Origin: Pseudolabrys sp.
Lineage (GTDB): Bacteria > Pseudomonadota > Alphaproteobacteria > Rhizobiales > Xanthobacteraceae
Assembly (NCBI GenBank): GCA_050998115.1
Contig: JBPCQM010000025.1
Coordinates: forward strand, 1 to 58,733
Direction of reading: 5' to 3'
DNA: 58,733 nucleotides
Shown: in pieces, positions 1 through 10,054 of the stretch
Numbering within the stretch: position 1 is the stretch's first letter
Layout of the letters: each line of letters opens with the position of its first letter
Position numbers and translations under genes: made by a program
The notes under the pieces: model-generated
Seen by the model: the letters and a program-made list of their open reading frames with translations, nothing else
Told to the model about the DNA's origin: nothing
Databases searched by the model: none

Positions 1-7
1 ATCTGAT

Positions 8-13
8 CCTCCT
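8..13 (-). promoter_or_regulatory. Shine-Dalgarno (AGGAGG) of a divergent gene starting at the left window edge
   Basis: The minus strand reads AGGAGG-ATCAG-AT at the edge, consistent with an ATG cut off by the window boundary. Confidence 0.45.
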
Positions 14-127
14 GCTCGGCGGTGAACTATGGTCGGCCGCCGGGCGACCGCACTTGCGTTAACACTACCACCGCATGGCGGTTCAAATGGCCTGCTATAC
101 CGTGGACGCTCTCTCTGCGCAGCCGGA

Positions 128-142
128 TTAATAATTCATTAG
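128..142. promoter_or_regulatory. Putative CtrA box
   Basis: TTAA-TAATTCA-TTAG is one mismatch from TTAA-N7-TTAA and lies about 20 bp upstream of a PdhS-like kinase. Confidence 0.4.
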
Positions 143-161
143 TCGTAATTCGGCCGGAACC

Positions 162-3113
162 ATGAGCGGAACGTCGAATACCTGGTTAGGCGATCCCCGC
201 CTCGCGGCTCATGCCCTGAGCCCGGCGCCAGCGTGGCTATGGAGTTCCGACGCCACCCGCTTGCTCTGGGCCAACTCGGGCGGCGCCACGATTTTGCGCG
301 CCGATACGCCAGCGGCGCTTGAGGCGCTGCGCTTTGAGCCCAACCAATCGCCTGCCAGCCAAATTGCGCGGCTTGCCGCCACGCTGCCGGCTGGCGCGAC
401 GCCGCGGCTCGAGCGGCTGCGCGGTTTCGGCGGCAGGCTCGGCGGTCCGCTGACCTGCCTCTGTTCGCGTATCGCGCTCGCCGACCAGACACCGGGCATT
501 TTGGTGGTGGCGACCGAGCGCCCTGGGCCCGGCCTGTCACTCGACGAACGCCTGCGCTGGCTGATCGGTGATGCCGACGCGCCGGTGGCTGCATTCTCCA
601 GCGAGGGCGACCTGCTGCTGGCTTCGCCGGACGCCGAGGGGCAACTCAGCGGCGCGGCGACCTTGGCCGCGCTCGGCGCCGGCGAACTGGCGCAACGCGC
701 GCTCCGCGACGGCAGCGCAGAAGCGGAGATTTCCGCCGGCCCTGCCCGGCTCGACCGGCTCAACGCCGGCAGCACGCAGGTCCTGCTGCTCAGCCTGACG
801 CCGGAACAACCAGCGGCGGCGGCGGCGGCGGAAATCGCCGCGGCGGGGCCGGTCGCCAGCGAGTCGGTCAAACGCCATCAGCCGCTGCGTTTCGTCTGGC
901 GCACCGACGCCGACCACCGATTCATGACCGAAGGTCAGGAGTTCATCGAGTTGATCGGCGGCAAGGCCGCCCTCGGCGCCCCCTGGAGCGAATTCGCCGC
1001 CCGGCTCAAGCTTGGCGATGGGGATGGCGTTGCCGCCGCGCTCGCATCGCAGGAGACCTGGAGCGGCACCACCGTGCAGTGGCCAATCGACGGCGGCCCC
1101 GAACAAATTCCGGTCGAATTGTCGGGTCTTCCGGTCTTCGATCGTGAGCAGAATTTCCAGGGCTATCGGGGCTTCGGCATTTGCCGGGAGCCACAGCGGC
1201 TACTCGACATCAAGCGCCAGCGCGCCGACGCGCAAGCCGCCGCCGAAGCCGCCGCCGAATTACGGGAACAGGAAACGGCGCAAGCCGAGGCCGTAGCAAA
1301 AGCTGCCGCTACAACCGCAGCAGCAGCAGCGGCGGAAGCTGCTAAAGCCGCCAGCGCGACGGCAGAGCAGGAGCAAGCCAACGGCACCAAAGCGCCGGGC
1401 GAAACCGCCAATGTGGTTCAATTTCCGTCCGCAGCGCCGGAGCCCTCGCCCGGCCTCGACGCCCGCGAGCAAAAAGCCTTCAGCGAACTGGCGCGTGAAC
1501 TTACCGACCGGCTGAAAACCACCAACGGCAAACCGCTGAGCGAGGACGACTTTGGCCCAGAGCGGCCCGAACCGATCGGTGAACCGGCCAACGCCGCCAC
1601 TCCGGTCGTTCGAAAGGATACCGTTGCACGCGACGCGCAAAAAGAGCGTCCGATACTCGACCGGCTGCCGATCGGCATCCTGGTTTATCGTCTCAACGAT
1701 CTACTCTACGCTAACCGCGCCTTCCTCGACTGGACCGACTATCCGACGCTCGAAGCCTTGAGCGCGGCCGGCGGGCTCGACAGCCTGTTCATCGAATCGA
1801 ATGCGCCGGCGGCCGCCAACAACAAAGCCAAGAACAGCGCGCCGGTGCTGACCATCACCACGCCGGGCGGCAAGAAGATGCCTGTCGAAGGCCGGCTGTT
1901 TCCCGCGATGTGGAACGGCGAGAATGCGCTGGTGCTGATGCTCAACATCACCAAGACAGCCGACAAGACTGCCGGGCTGACGACGCGGCAGATCGAGAAT
2001 GAAAATCGCGAGCTCAAGGCGGTGCTCGACACCGCGACCGACGGCGTCCTGATGATCGATCGCGCCGGGCGCGTGTTGTCGGCCAATCGCAGCGCTGAAG
2101 CGCTGTTCGGCTACGACGGCGCTGATTTCCGCAAGCTGACGTTCGGCGACCTGTTCGCGCCGGAAAGCCGGCGCACCGTTCTGGATTATCTCGACCAGCT
2201 GGCGCAAGAAAACGCAATCTCGCTGCTCAACGAAGGTAAAGAAGTCATCGGCCGCGTTCGCCAAGGCGGACTGGTACCGCTTTACATGACGATCGGCCGG
2301 GTTGGCGAGAACAGCGAGAAATTCTGCGTGGTGTTCCGCGACATCACCGCCTGGAAGAAATCAGAAGAAGAGCTCATCAATGCCAGGCGGCACGCCGAAG
2401 GCGCGTCGTCGGCCAAATCGGAATTTCTCGCCAAGATCAGCCACGAAATCCGCACGCCGCTCAACGCCATCATCGGATTTTCAGAGGTGATGATCGACGA
2501 GCGGTTCGGCCCTGTCGGCAACGAACGTTACCGCCAATATCTGCGCGACATTCATTCGTCCGGCGGCCATCTGACTTCCCTGCTCAACGACTTGCTCGAT
2601 CTCTCGAAGATCGAGGCCGGCAAGCTCGACCTGGCTTTCACCGGGATCAATCTCAACGACATCGCCCAGCAATGCGTCGCGATTTTGCAGGAGCAGGCCA
2701 ATCGCGAACGCGTCATCATTCGCACGTCGTTGCCGCCGACGCTGCCGCGCATCGTCGCCGACGCGCGTTCGGTGCGCCAGATCATGCTCAATCTGCTGTC
2801 CAACTCGATCAAATTCGCCGGCGCTGGCGGCCAGGTGATCGTTTCCACCGCGCTGACCGACCGCAACCAAATCGCGTTGCGGGTACGCGACACCGGCGCC
2901 GGCATGAGCGCACAGGAATTGCAAGCCGCGCTCGAGCCGTTCCGCCAGCTCGCCACCGCCGCGCGCTGGGGCTCAAGCGGCACGGGGCTCGGCCTGCCAA
3001 TCACCAAGGCGCTGGCCGAGGCCAATCACGCCACCTTTACCATCACCAGCGCGGTCGACGATGGCACGCTGGTGGAAGTGGCGTTTCCAGCTCCGCGAGT
3101 GCTGGCGAAATAG
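162..3113 (+). CDS. PAS-domain sensor histidine kinase, PleC/DivJ-family (PdhS-like)
   Basis: 983 aa. H-box EFLAKISHEIRTPLNAIIGFSEVM...FGP, N-box NLLSNSIKF, G-boxes DTGAGM and GTGLGL, a PAS domain just before the kinase, and no obvious transmembrane segment. Confidence 0.85.
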   Translation: MSGTSNTWLGDPRLAAHALSPAPAWLWSSDATRLLWANSGGATILRADTPAALEALRFEPNQSPASQIARLAATLPAGATPRLERLRGFGGRLGGPLTCLCSRIALADQTPGILVVATERPGPGLSLDERLRWLIGDADAPVAAFSSEGDLLLASPDAEGQLSGAATLAALGAGELAQRALRDGSAEAEISAGPARLDRLNAGSTQVLLLSLTPEQPAAAAAAEIAAAGPVASESVKRHQPLRFVWRTDADHRFMTEGQEFIELIGGKAALGAPWSEFAARLKLGDGDGVAAALASQETWSGTTVQWPIDGGPEQIPVELSGLPVFDREQNFQGYRGFGICREPQRLLDIKRQRADAQAAAEAAAELREQETAQAEAVAKAAATTAAAAAAEAAKAASATAEQEQANGTKAPGETANVVQFPSAAPEPSPGLDAREQKAFSELARELTDRLKTTNGKPLSEDDFGPERPEPIGEPANAATPVVRKDTVARDAQKERPILDRLPIGILVYRLNDLLYANRAFLDWTDYPTLEALSAAGGLDSLFIESNAPAAANNKAKNSAPVLTITTPGGKKMPVEGRLFPAMWNGENALVLMLNITKTADKTAGLTTRQIENENRELKAVLDTATDGVLMIDRAGRVLSANRSAEALFGYDGADFRKLTFGDLFAPESRRTVLDYLDQLAQENAISLLNEGKEVIGRVRQGGLVPLYMTIGRVGENSEKFCVVFRDITAWKKSEEELINARRHAEGASSAKSEFLAKISHEIRTPLNAIIGFSEVMIDERFGPVGNERYRQYLRDIHSSGGHLTSLLNDLLDLSKIEAGKLDLAFTGINLNDIAQQCVAILQEQANRERVIIRTSLPPTLPRIVADARSVRQIMLNLLSNSIKFAGAGGQVIVSTALTDRNQIALRVRDTGAGMSAQELQAALEPFRQLATAARWGSSGTGLGLPITKALAEANHATFTITSAVDDGTLVEVAFPAPRVLAK

Positions 3114-3169
3114 ACCCGAAAATCGGCTAGGCTCCCGCCTTAATTCCTCGCCACGAGGCGGAAGTTCGA

Positions 3170-3912
3170 ATGGTCCGGTTATTTCGGTGCTTGGTTGTCC
3201 TGGCTGCGCTGATCACCACGGCGCTGGCGCGCGCTGATGAGCCGGTCGACTTGCTACTGGTGCTGGCCACCGATGTATCCCGCAGCGTTGACGCGCAAAA
3301 ATTCCAGTTGCAGCGCGAGGGCTATGCGGCGGTGATCGCCGATCCTCGGGTGCTCAACGCAGTTCAGTCCGGCCTCAACGGACGCATCGCGGTGACCTTC
3401 GTGGAATGGTCGGGGCTTGGCTCGCAGAAAATCGTGATAGACTGGATGGGGATCGACGGCCCGAAAACTGCGCAGGCATTCGGCGACCGGCTGCTGGAAT
3501 CACCGCGCTTGTTTGCCGACCGCACGTCGATCAGCGGCGGCATCGAATTCGCCGTTGCCCAGTTCGCGAAGGCGCCGTTTGTGGCCAGGCGCCGCACCAT
3601 CGACGTATCGGGCGACGGCACCAATAATTCCGGTCGCGATGTGACCGCGGCGCGCGACGAGACACTGGCGCTCGGCATCACCATCAACGGTCCGGTGTTC
3701 TCAGCGAACGCCCGATGCCGTGGAATCCCGAGCACACCAATCCGCCCGGCGGCCTTGCCAATTATTATCGTAATAATGTCGTCGGCGGCCCCGGGGCCTT
3801 TGTCATTGAGGCGAAGGATTTCAATTCATTCGGCCAGGCCATCGTCGCCAAGCTGATCGCGGAGGTAGCCGAAGGTCCTTTGCCAGCACGCAGCGCCCGC
3901 GCCTCGCGTTAA
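3170..3912 (+). pseudogene. DUF1194 (vWA-like) secreted protein, frameshifted near 3698
   Basis: Signal peptide, DLLLVLATDVSRS and IDVSGDG motifs. The conserved C-terminus (YYRNNVVGGPGAFVI...FGQAIVAKLIAEVA) is in another frame (ORF 3715..3912). This may be a sequencing indel rather than a real pseudogene. Confidence 0.75.
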
Positions 3913-4022
3913 CATTGGCCGTGAATAGCGGCCATGAAAGGGTCACAGAACCTTCCCAAGGTTGGCGCTCGTAGCGCCGATGGTATAGTCCAGCACGGTA
4001 GCTAGAAAAACCGGAAACGCCA

Positions 4023-5933
4023 TTGACCGCGGCGATCGCCTTCAAACGGCTGGGAATTGCACTTGCCGCCGCGATCGTCTGCGGCGGCGGCGCGCTGATC
4101 GCCGCGACCTCGCTTGTTTCGACCGACGCCGTGCGTGAGCGGGTCAAGAACGAAATCTCCGCGGTCACCGGACTCGATCCAGTGCTGCGCGGCGAAATCG
4201 ACATCGCGCTGTTTCCCTCCGGCAGTGTCAGTTTTTTCGACGTGGCGTTGGGCGATGCGGCGGCACCGGCGCTGACCGCCGAGCGACTAACCGCGCGTTT
4301 GCGGTTTTTTCCGCTGCTGCTCGGCCGGGTCGAAATCGCCGATATTTCGCTGGAGCGGCCATCCATCGCCGTCACGTTTGCGCCGAGCGGCACGTCGAAC
4401 TGGACGGGCTTGATCGAAGCCTTGACCCGCGCGCAGAAGCCAAGTTCACACGTCGCGGCCTTCTCGGAAATCCGAATCAATGACGGCAAGGTCGTGCTGC
4501 GCGACCAAGTTCACGATATCACTGAAACCTTCGATCATGTCGAGGTCTCGCTGGCATGGCCTTCGATCTCGAAAAGCTTCGGCGCGACCGGCCGGATGGC
4601 CTGGCGCGGTGAGATGGTCGACGCCAGCATGTCGCTGGGCGATTTCCCCGCCGCGCTCGCCGGCGCCAAGACGGGGCTCAAGCTGCGGATCGCCGGCGCG
4701 CCAATCAAGGCGGCGTTTGACGGATCTTTCAGCACGGTGCCGACACTCAAGGCCGAAGGCACACTAGCCGCCGATGCTGCTTCGCTGCGCGCAGCGTTGC
4801 GTTGGACTGGGCAGAAACCGGTGCCCAGCGGCGGTTTTGGCCGTTTCGCGCTCAAAGCGCAAACCAATATCGTTGGTGGAACGATCGCGCTCTCCAGCGT
4901 CAATGTCGAACTCGACGGCAATACCGCGGACGGCGTCCTGACTTTCGCGACCGATGGCCGCCAGACGCTGCAAGGAACCCTGGCCGCCGACACGCTGGAC
5001 CTGACGCCCTATGTCTCGACGGTGCGACTGTTGACCAGCAATCAACGCGAATGGAGCAGCGGAAGGCTGACACTTGACGGCCTGACCGGATTTGATGTCG
5101 ATCTGCGGCTGTCGGCCGCCAAGCTAATTCTCTCCGGCGCCAAGCTCGGCCGCACCGCGATCGCCGCCAATCTGCGCGGCGGCCACCTGGCTGTGACGAT
5201 CGGCGAACTGCAGGGTTTCGGCGGCGTCATCAAGGGCTCTCTGGCGCTGGCAAATTTCGAAACCGGGGTAGAGATAAAATCGCAATTGCAGTTCACCGAC
5301 GTCGATTTGGAAAGCTGTCTCGGTGAATTGGTCGGCCTGCATCGGGTCGAGGGCAAGGGCAATCTGGCTTTCGCGCTGGAAGGCTCAGGCGACAGCGTGA
5401 TGGCGCTGACCCATACACTGTCGGGGACCGCCAGCCTGTCAGGGGCCAAAGGCACGTTGGCCGGCCTGGACGTCGAACAATTGCTGCGCCGGCTGGAGCG
5501 CCGGCCGCTGTCCGGCGCCGGCGATTTCCGCAATGGCCGGACGCCCTATGACAAAATCACGCTTGTGCTCAAGATCGCGCAAGGAAATGTCGCGGTCGAT
5601 GATCTCAAAATCGAGGGCCCGGCAGTGCGCCTGGCCTTGGCGGGCTTGGCGTCGATTCCCGCTCGCGAACTCGACCTCAAAGGCAATGCCACATTGGTCG
5701 CCCCCGCCAGTTCGGGCGGCGGCTTTGACCTGCCGTTTTTCGTCACCGGCACCTGGGATAGCCCACTCATGCTGCCAGACCCGCAGGCGCTGATCCGCCG
5801 CTCCGGCGCCGCCGCGCCGCTGCTCGACGCGGTGCGCGACCGCAAAGCCCGCGACGCGCTGCGCTCGGCGGTCGAGCGTCTCACCGGGGCGCAGCCGGCG
5901 CCCGCCACCGCGCCCGAGCAACCGAAACAATAG
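4023..5933 (+). CDS. AsmA family protein
   Basis: 636 aa. N-terminal membrane anchor, LRFFPLLLGRVEI...SNW motif, beta-rich body and an AsmA-like C-terminus. Confidence 0.8.
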   Translation: MTAAIAFKRLGIALAAAIVCGGGALIAATSLVSTDAVRERVKNEISAVTGLDPVLRGEIDIALFPSGSVSFFDVALGDAAAPALTAERLTARLRFFPLLLGRVEIADISLERPSIAVTFAPSGTSNWTGLIEALTRAQKPSSHVAAFSEIRINDGKVVLRDQVHDITETFDHVEVSLAWPSISKSFGATGRMAWRGEMVDASMSLGDFPAALAGAKTGLKLRIAGAPIKAAFDGSFSTVPTLKAEGTLAADAASLRAALRWTGQKPVPSGGFGRFALKAQTNIVGGTIALSSVNVELDGNTADGVLTFATDGRQTLQGTLAADTLDLTPYVSTVRLLTSNQREWSSGRLTLDGLTGFDVDLRLSAAKLILSGAKLGRTAIAANLRGGHLAVTIGELQGFGGVIKGSLALANFETGVEIKSQLQFTDVDLESCLGELVGLHRVEGKGNLAFALEGSGDSVMALTHTLSGTASLSGAKGTLAGLDVEQLLRRLERRPLSGAGDFRNGRTPYDKITLVLKIAQGNVAVDDLKIEGPAVRLALAGLASIPARELDLKGNATLVAPASSGGGFDLPFFVTGTWDSPLMLPDPQALIRRSGAAAPLLDAVRDRKARDALRSAVERLTGAQPAPATAPEQPKQ

Positions 5934-5939
5934 GACCCG

Positions 5940-6756
5940 TCAGACCTGCGCCGCCAACACGTCGCGATCGCGGCGCCGCGCGTTACGTTTGGCGGCAAGC
6001 GAAGCCGCGACCGTCGCCGCCGCCACCAGCACAATCATGATAGTACAGATCGCGTTGATCTCCGGCTTCACGCCAAGCCGCACCTCGGAATAGATGCGGA
6101 TTGGCAGCGTGGTAGCGCCCGGGCCGGTGGTGAAGCTCGCGATCACCAAATCGTCGAGCGAAAGAGAAAAAGCCAGCATCCAGCCGGCCGCGATAGCCGG
6201 CGCGATCAACGGCAGTGTTACTGTCAACGCGGTTTTCCACGGCGGGCAACCGAGATCCATCGCCGCTTCCTCCAGATCGCGGTCGAAGCTGATGAGCCGC
6301 GATTGCACAATGACGGTGACGAAGCACATCGTCAGGGTGGTGTGCGCCAGCACGATGGTCCAGAACCCGCGGTTCAAATCAAGCGCCACAAACAACAGCA
6401 GCAACGATAGCCCGGTGATGACTTCCGGCATCACCAGTGGCGCATAGACCATGCCGGAAAACAGCGTGCGGCCGCGAAACCGCCCACTGCGGGCGAGCGC
6501 CCGCGCCGCCAGCGTGCCGAGCACGGTGGCGGCGCTGGCCGAGAAAAATGCCACGCCCAGGCTCACTTTCGCGGCCTCCAGCATGGCGCGGTCGTGAAGC
6601 AATTCCGCGTACCAGCGCAGTGACCAGCCGCCCCAGATCGTCACCAGCCACGAGGCGTTAAACGAATAGATCATCAAAATAGCGATCGGCAGATAAAGAA
6701 ACGCCAGACCTAGCGCGATCGAAATCACATTGAAGGGGGGACAGGCCACGCCGCAT
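5940..6756 (-). CDS. potI: Polyamine ABC transporter permease (PotI/PotC-like); apparent frameshift just after the start
   Basis: FLYLPI...YSFN and EAA loop LEEAAMDLG, SLDD motif. The ATG at 6756 overlapping the potH stop joins the ORF only if the G6 run at 6735-6740 is G5. Confidence 0.8.
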
Positions 6757-7670
6757 CAGCGGTCCTCCGCCAGCTCGCGCCGCTGCAGGCCTTGATAAAA
6801 CATAATAGGGCCGACCAACAAGACCAGCAGTACAACGGCGATTGCCGAGGCCACTGGCCAGTCTTTGTTGGAAAAGAATTCCGTCCACAGCGTCTGCCCG
6901 ATCATCAGTGTATCGGATCCGCCAAGCAGATCGGGGATGACGAATTCGCCGACGATCGGAATGAAACACAATAGCGCGCCGGCGGCGACGCCATGCAGCG
7001 ACAGCGGAAACGTCACCTGCCAGAAACTCTTCCAGCGCGGCGCGCCGAGATCGGCCGCGGCTTCGAGCAATTCATGATCAATGTTTTCCAGCGCGGCATA
7101 AAGCGGCAGCACCATAAAGGGCAGATAGGAATAGACGACGCCGATATAGATCGCGGTGTCGCTGGCGAGCCAGGCGGCCGGTTGTTGGATAATGCCGAGC
7201 GATAGCAAGACTTCGTTCAGCAACCCGTCGTGTTGTAGGATATTGATCCAGGCATAGGCGCGAATCAGAAACGAAGTCCAGAACGGCAGAATGACCAACA
7301 TCACCAGTAGCGGCTGCATGGCGCGCGGCGCGCGCGACATGCCATAGGCGACCGGGTAGCCGCTCAGCAGCATGATCGCGGTCGAAACCGCGGCGACTTC
7401 GAGGCTCTTGAGATAAGACAACAGATAGATCGCGTCGGAGCCGAGCAAGACGTAGGTGTCGAGCGAAAGCCCGGCGAAAAACGCCGTTATGCCGGGCCAG
7501 CCCGCAGTGAGATCGAGCACCGGAAGATAGGGCGGCTGCGCCAGCGCGGTCTGCGACAGGCTGATCTTCAACGTGATGAGGAACGGCGTTAGGAATAGCG
7601 CGGCAAGCCACAGAAATGGCAGCCACGCAAAGAGTCGCCCGTCGCGGTGCCGTTGCGGCTTCGTGGCCAT
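6756..7670 (-). CDS. potH: Polyamine ABC transporter permease (PotH/PotB-like)
   Basis: LPFWTSFLIRAYAW, YSYLPFMVLPLY and EAA loop LLEAAADLGA. Confidence 0.85.
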   Translation of the reverse strand: MATKPQRHRDGRLFAWLPFLWLAALFLTPFLITLKISLSQTALAQPPYLPVLDLTAGWPGITAFFAGLSLDTYVLLGSDAIYLLSYLKSLEVAAVSTAIMLLSGYPVAYGMSRAPRAMQPLLVMLVILPFWTSFLIRAYAWINILQHDGLLNEVLLSLGIIQQPAAWLASDTAIYIGVVYSYLPFMVLPLYAALENIDHELLEAAADLGAPRWKSFWQVTFPLSLHGVAAGALLCFIPIVGEFVIPDLLGGSDTLMIGQTLWTEFFSNKDWPVASAIAVVLLVLLVGPIMFYQGLQRRELAEDR

Positions 7671-8749
7671 CAGCGCCTCACTATCAGCCCGGCGCTGGCT
7701 GGCCACGACAGCCAGACTTTGTCGCCGAACGAGAGCTGGGACGTCGCGCCGCCAGTATTCGGCGCGCTTACCGTCATGGCGGCGCCGCCCTCCAGCCGCA
7801 CCCGAAATAACGAAATGCCGCCGAGAAAGCCAATATCGGCGATGATGCCCCGCAACGCGTTGGTTCCGGCCGCCGGACGCCTGGCGGCGATCGAGATTTT
7901 TTCCGGGCGCAACACCAACCAGACCGTGTCGCCAGGCTTGCCGTCCGTTGGCTTTGCGATGCGCAATTTTCCGTACGCGCTGTCGATGCTGGTACGAGAT
8001 TTTCCGAGCGCGCCTTCGATCAGATTGGCGTCGCCAATAAAGCCGGCAACCCAGCGCGACACCGGCTGCTGGTAGATTTCCGACGGCGCGCCAACCTGCA
8101 CAAGCTGACCGTGATTCATCACGCCGATGCGGGCGGCCAGAACCATCGCCTCGTCCTGGTCATGGGTGACGACCACGAACGTTGTGGCCAGGCGGCGCTG
8201 CAGCTCGATCAATTCGAGTTGCGTCTCCGCCCGCAATTTTTTATCAAGCGCGGCGAGTGGCTCGTCGAGCAGCAACACTCGCGGCCGCTTCACCAGTGAA
8301 CGCGCCAATGCGACGCGCTGGCGCTGGCCGCCGGACAGCTGGTCCGGCCGCCGGCGGCCCAGTCCATCGAGCCGCAGCAGCGCCATCATTTCGGCGACGC
8401 GGGCCGCAATCTCGGTGGCGCCAAGCCCCTCCTGGCGCAGGCCGAATGCGATGTTTCGCTCCACCGTCAAATGCGGAAACAACGCATAGTTTTGAAACAT
8501 CATATTGACCGGCCGCCGGTGCGGCGGCACCGCAGCGATGTCCTCGCCGCCGAGCAAAATTCGGCCTTGGTCGGGGTTTTCGAAGCCGGCCAACAGCCGC
8601 AACAAGGTGGTCTTGCCGCAACCGGAAGGGCCAAGCAGCGCGAAAAATTCGTTCAACGCAACGTCGAGCGTGAGGCAGTCGACCGCGAGCACCCCGCCAA
8701 AGCGCTTGCTCACCGCCTCGAAGCGCACCAGCGCCGGTTGGCCTTGCAT
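7670..8749 (-). CDS. potG: Polyamine ABC transporter ATP-binding subunit (PotG/PotA-like)
   Basis: Walker A GPSGCGKT, signature LSGGQ, Walker B LLLDE and a TOBE-like tail. The start could instead be the GTG at 8785. Confidence 0.85.
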   Translation of the reverse strand: MQGQPALVRFEAVSKRFGGVLAVDCLTLDVALNEFFALLGPSGCGKTTLLRLLAGFENPDQGRILLGGEDIAAVPPHRRPVNMMFQNYALFPHLTVERNIAFGLRQEGLGATEIAARVAEMMALLRLDGLGRRRPDQLSGGQRQRVALARSLVKRPRVLLLDEPLAALDKKLRAETQLELIELQRRLATTFVVVTHDQDEAMVLAARIGVMNHGQLVQVGAPSEIYQQPVSRWVAGFIGDANLIEGALGKSRTSIDSAYGKLRIAKPTDGKPGDTVWLVLRPEKISIAARRPAAGTNALRGIIADIGFLGGISLFRVRLEGGAAMTVSAPNTGGATSQLSFGDKVWLSWPASAGLIVRR

Positions 8750-8847
8750 GGAGAAAGCAATCCGCGCCGTATCCCGATCCGGCACGCACGCTAGCGGGCC
8801 ATGCGCCTGGGCTCAACGGCGAATTGCAAGTGGATAAACTACGGTGA

Positions 8848-9386
8848 TCAGGCCGCCGGGACCTCCGGCAGATCGCCCAAATCGGGCGCGTCGCCGACAC
8901 CAGCACCGACGTCGAGCGGCATCATTAGCTTGCGCGGCTCAGGTCCGTAATAGTCGCCGACTTGCACGCTGGCGCGCGGCTTCGCCAGGATCGAAATGAT
9001 ACGGTCGAGCAATGCCTTGGCCGACACTGGTTTGCAGAGAAATTCGTTGACGCCGAGCCGCACCACTTCCACCACGCGCCAGCGCTCGCCGTGCGCGGTC
9101 AGCATGATGATCGGCAGATCGGGCAACGGAAACACCCCGGGCGAGCGCACGATGCACACGAATTCCGGACCGGTCAGCAGCGGTATTTCCCAATCGAGCA
9201 CCACGACATCCGGGACACCTGACGGATCGCATCAAGCCCCGCGATGCCATCAGAGGCTTCGTATATTTTCTTGATGCCGATATTATTAAGCAGGCTGCGC
9301 ACCATCTTGCGCATGAATGCATTGTCGTCGACCACCAGCACGCTCAACTGCTGGATTCGGAATTGAACATGCTTGGCGACGATCAC
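8848..9386 (-). pseudogene. Single-domain CheY-like response regulator, frameshifted near 9212
   Basis: The N-half (VLVVDDN...GLDAIRQV) and C-half (VVLDWEIP...IIMLT...KPVS) are in different frames. One added base at the GGG run 9212-9214 restores the receiver. Confidence 0.8.
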
Positions 9387-9427
9387 AGTAAAAACCCCAC
9401 ACTCACGCTGCGCGAATTACCGTCCGC

Positions 9428-9949
9428 TCAATTCACCAAAAACACGCTCGTCGTCTCGCGGTCGATTTCCGCCTTTACGGTTGTTGCCGGCCGTGGTTTC
9501 GGGCCATAGAAATTTCCTGCCCTGATCATGGGGCGCGGACGCACCAGCACGGAGATAACGCGGTCGCGCAGCGACTTGGACGATACCGGCTTAAGCAGGA
9601 ATTCGTTGACTCCGATCTGCAGCGCCTCCACGACTCGCGCTTTTTCGCCGTGGCCGGTCAGCATGATGATCGGCACGTCCGGAAACTGAAACGTTTCGGG
9701 CGAGCGCACCATCCGCACAAAGCCGGGGCCGTCGAGACCCGGCATCTGCCAATCCAGGATGACGATGTCGGGGCCAAGCGTGCGGATCGCTTCGAGGCCC
9801 GCGATGCCGTCCGGCGCTTCATACACGGTACGAATGCCGATGCTCATGAGCAGCGTGCGCACGACCTTGCGCATATAGTGCTCATCGTCCACCACCAGCA
9901 CTTTGGTAGCGGCGAAGCGCGCTTCAAGAAACTTGTCGTCCATCGGCAT
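9428..9949 (-). CDS. Single-domain CheY-like response regulator with C-terminal extension
   Basis: VLVVDDE, ILDWQMP (phospho-Asp), IIMLT and KP motifs, followed by an FYGPKPR tail. Confidence 0.85.
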   Translation of the reverse strand: MPMDDKFLEARFAATKVLVVDDEHYMRKVVRTLLMSIGIRTVYEAPDGIAGLEAIRTLGPDIVILDWQMPGLDGPGFVRMVRSPETFQFPDVPIIMLTGHGEKARVVEALQIGVNEFLLKPVSSKSLRDRVISVLVRPRPMIRAGNFYGPKPRPATTVKAEIDRETTSVFLVN

Positions 9950-10054
9950 GGCGCGATCCGTCCCGAGCCAGTTCTGCGTCGGCAATAGACCACACGACGA
10001 TAAGAAGGCCGTTAAAGATTTTCGGGAAAATCTGCCGTCGCCGGAAAAGGGCTG

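Noticed and set aside
1220-1380. Ala-rich low-complexity stretch in the kinase
   Set aside because: It is an ordinary linker; codons vary and there is no exact DNA repeat.
8829-8837. Second DnaA-like box (TTATCCACT on the minus strand)
   Set aside because: It has one mismatch and is isolated, which is compatible with chance.
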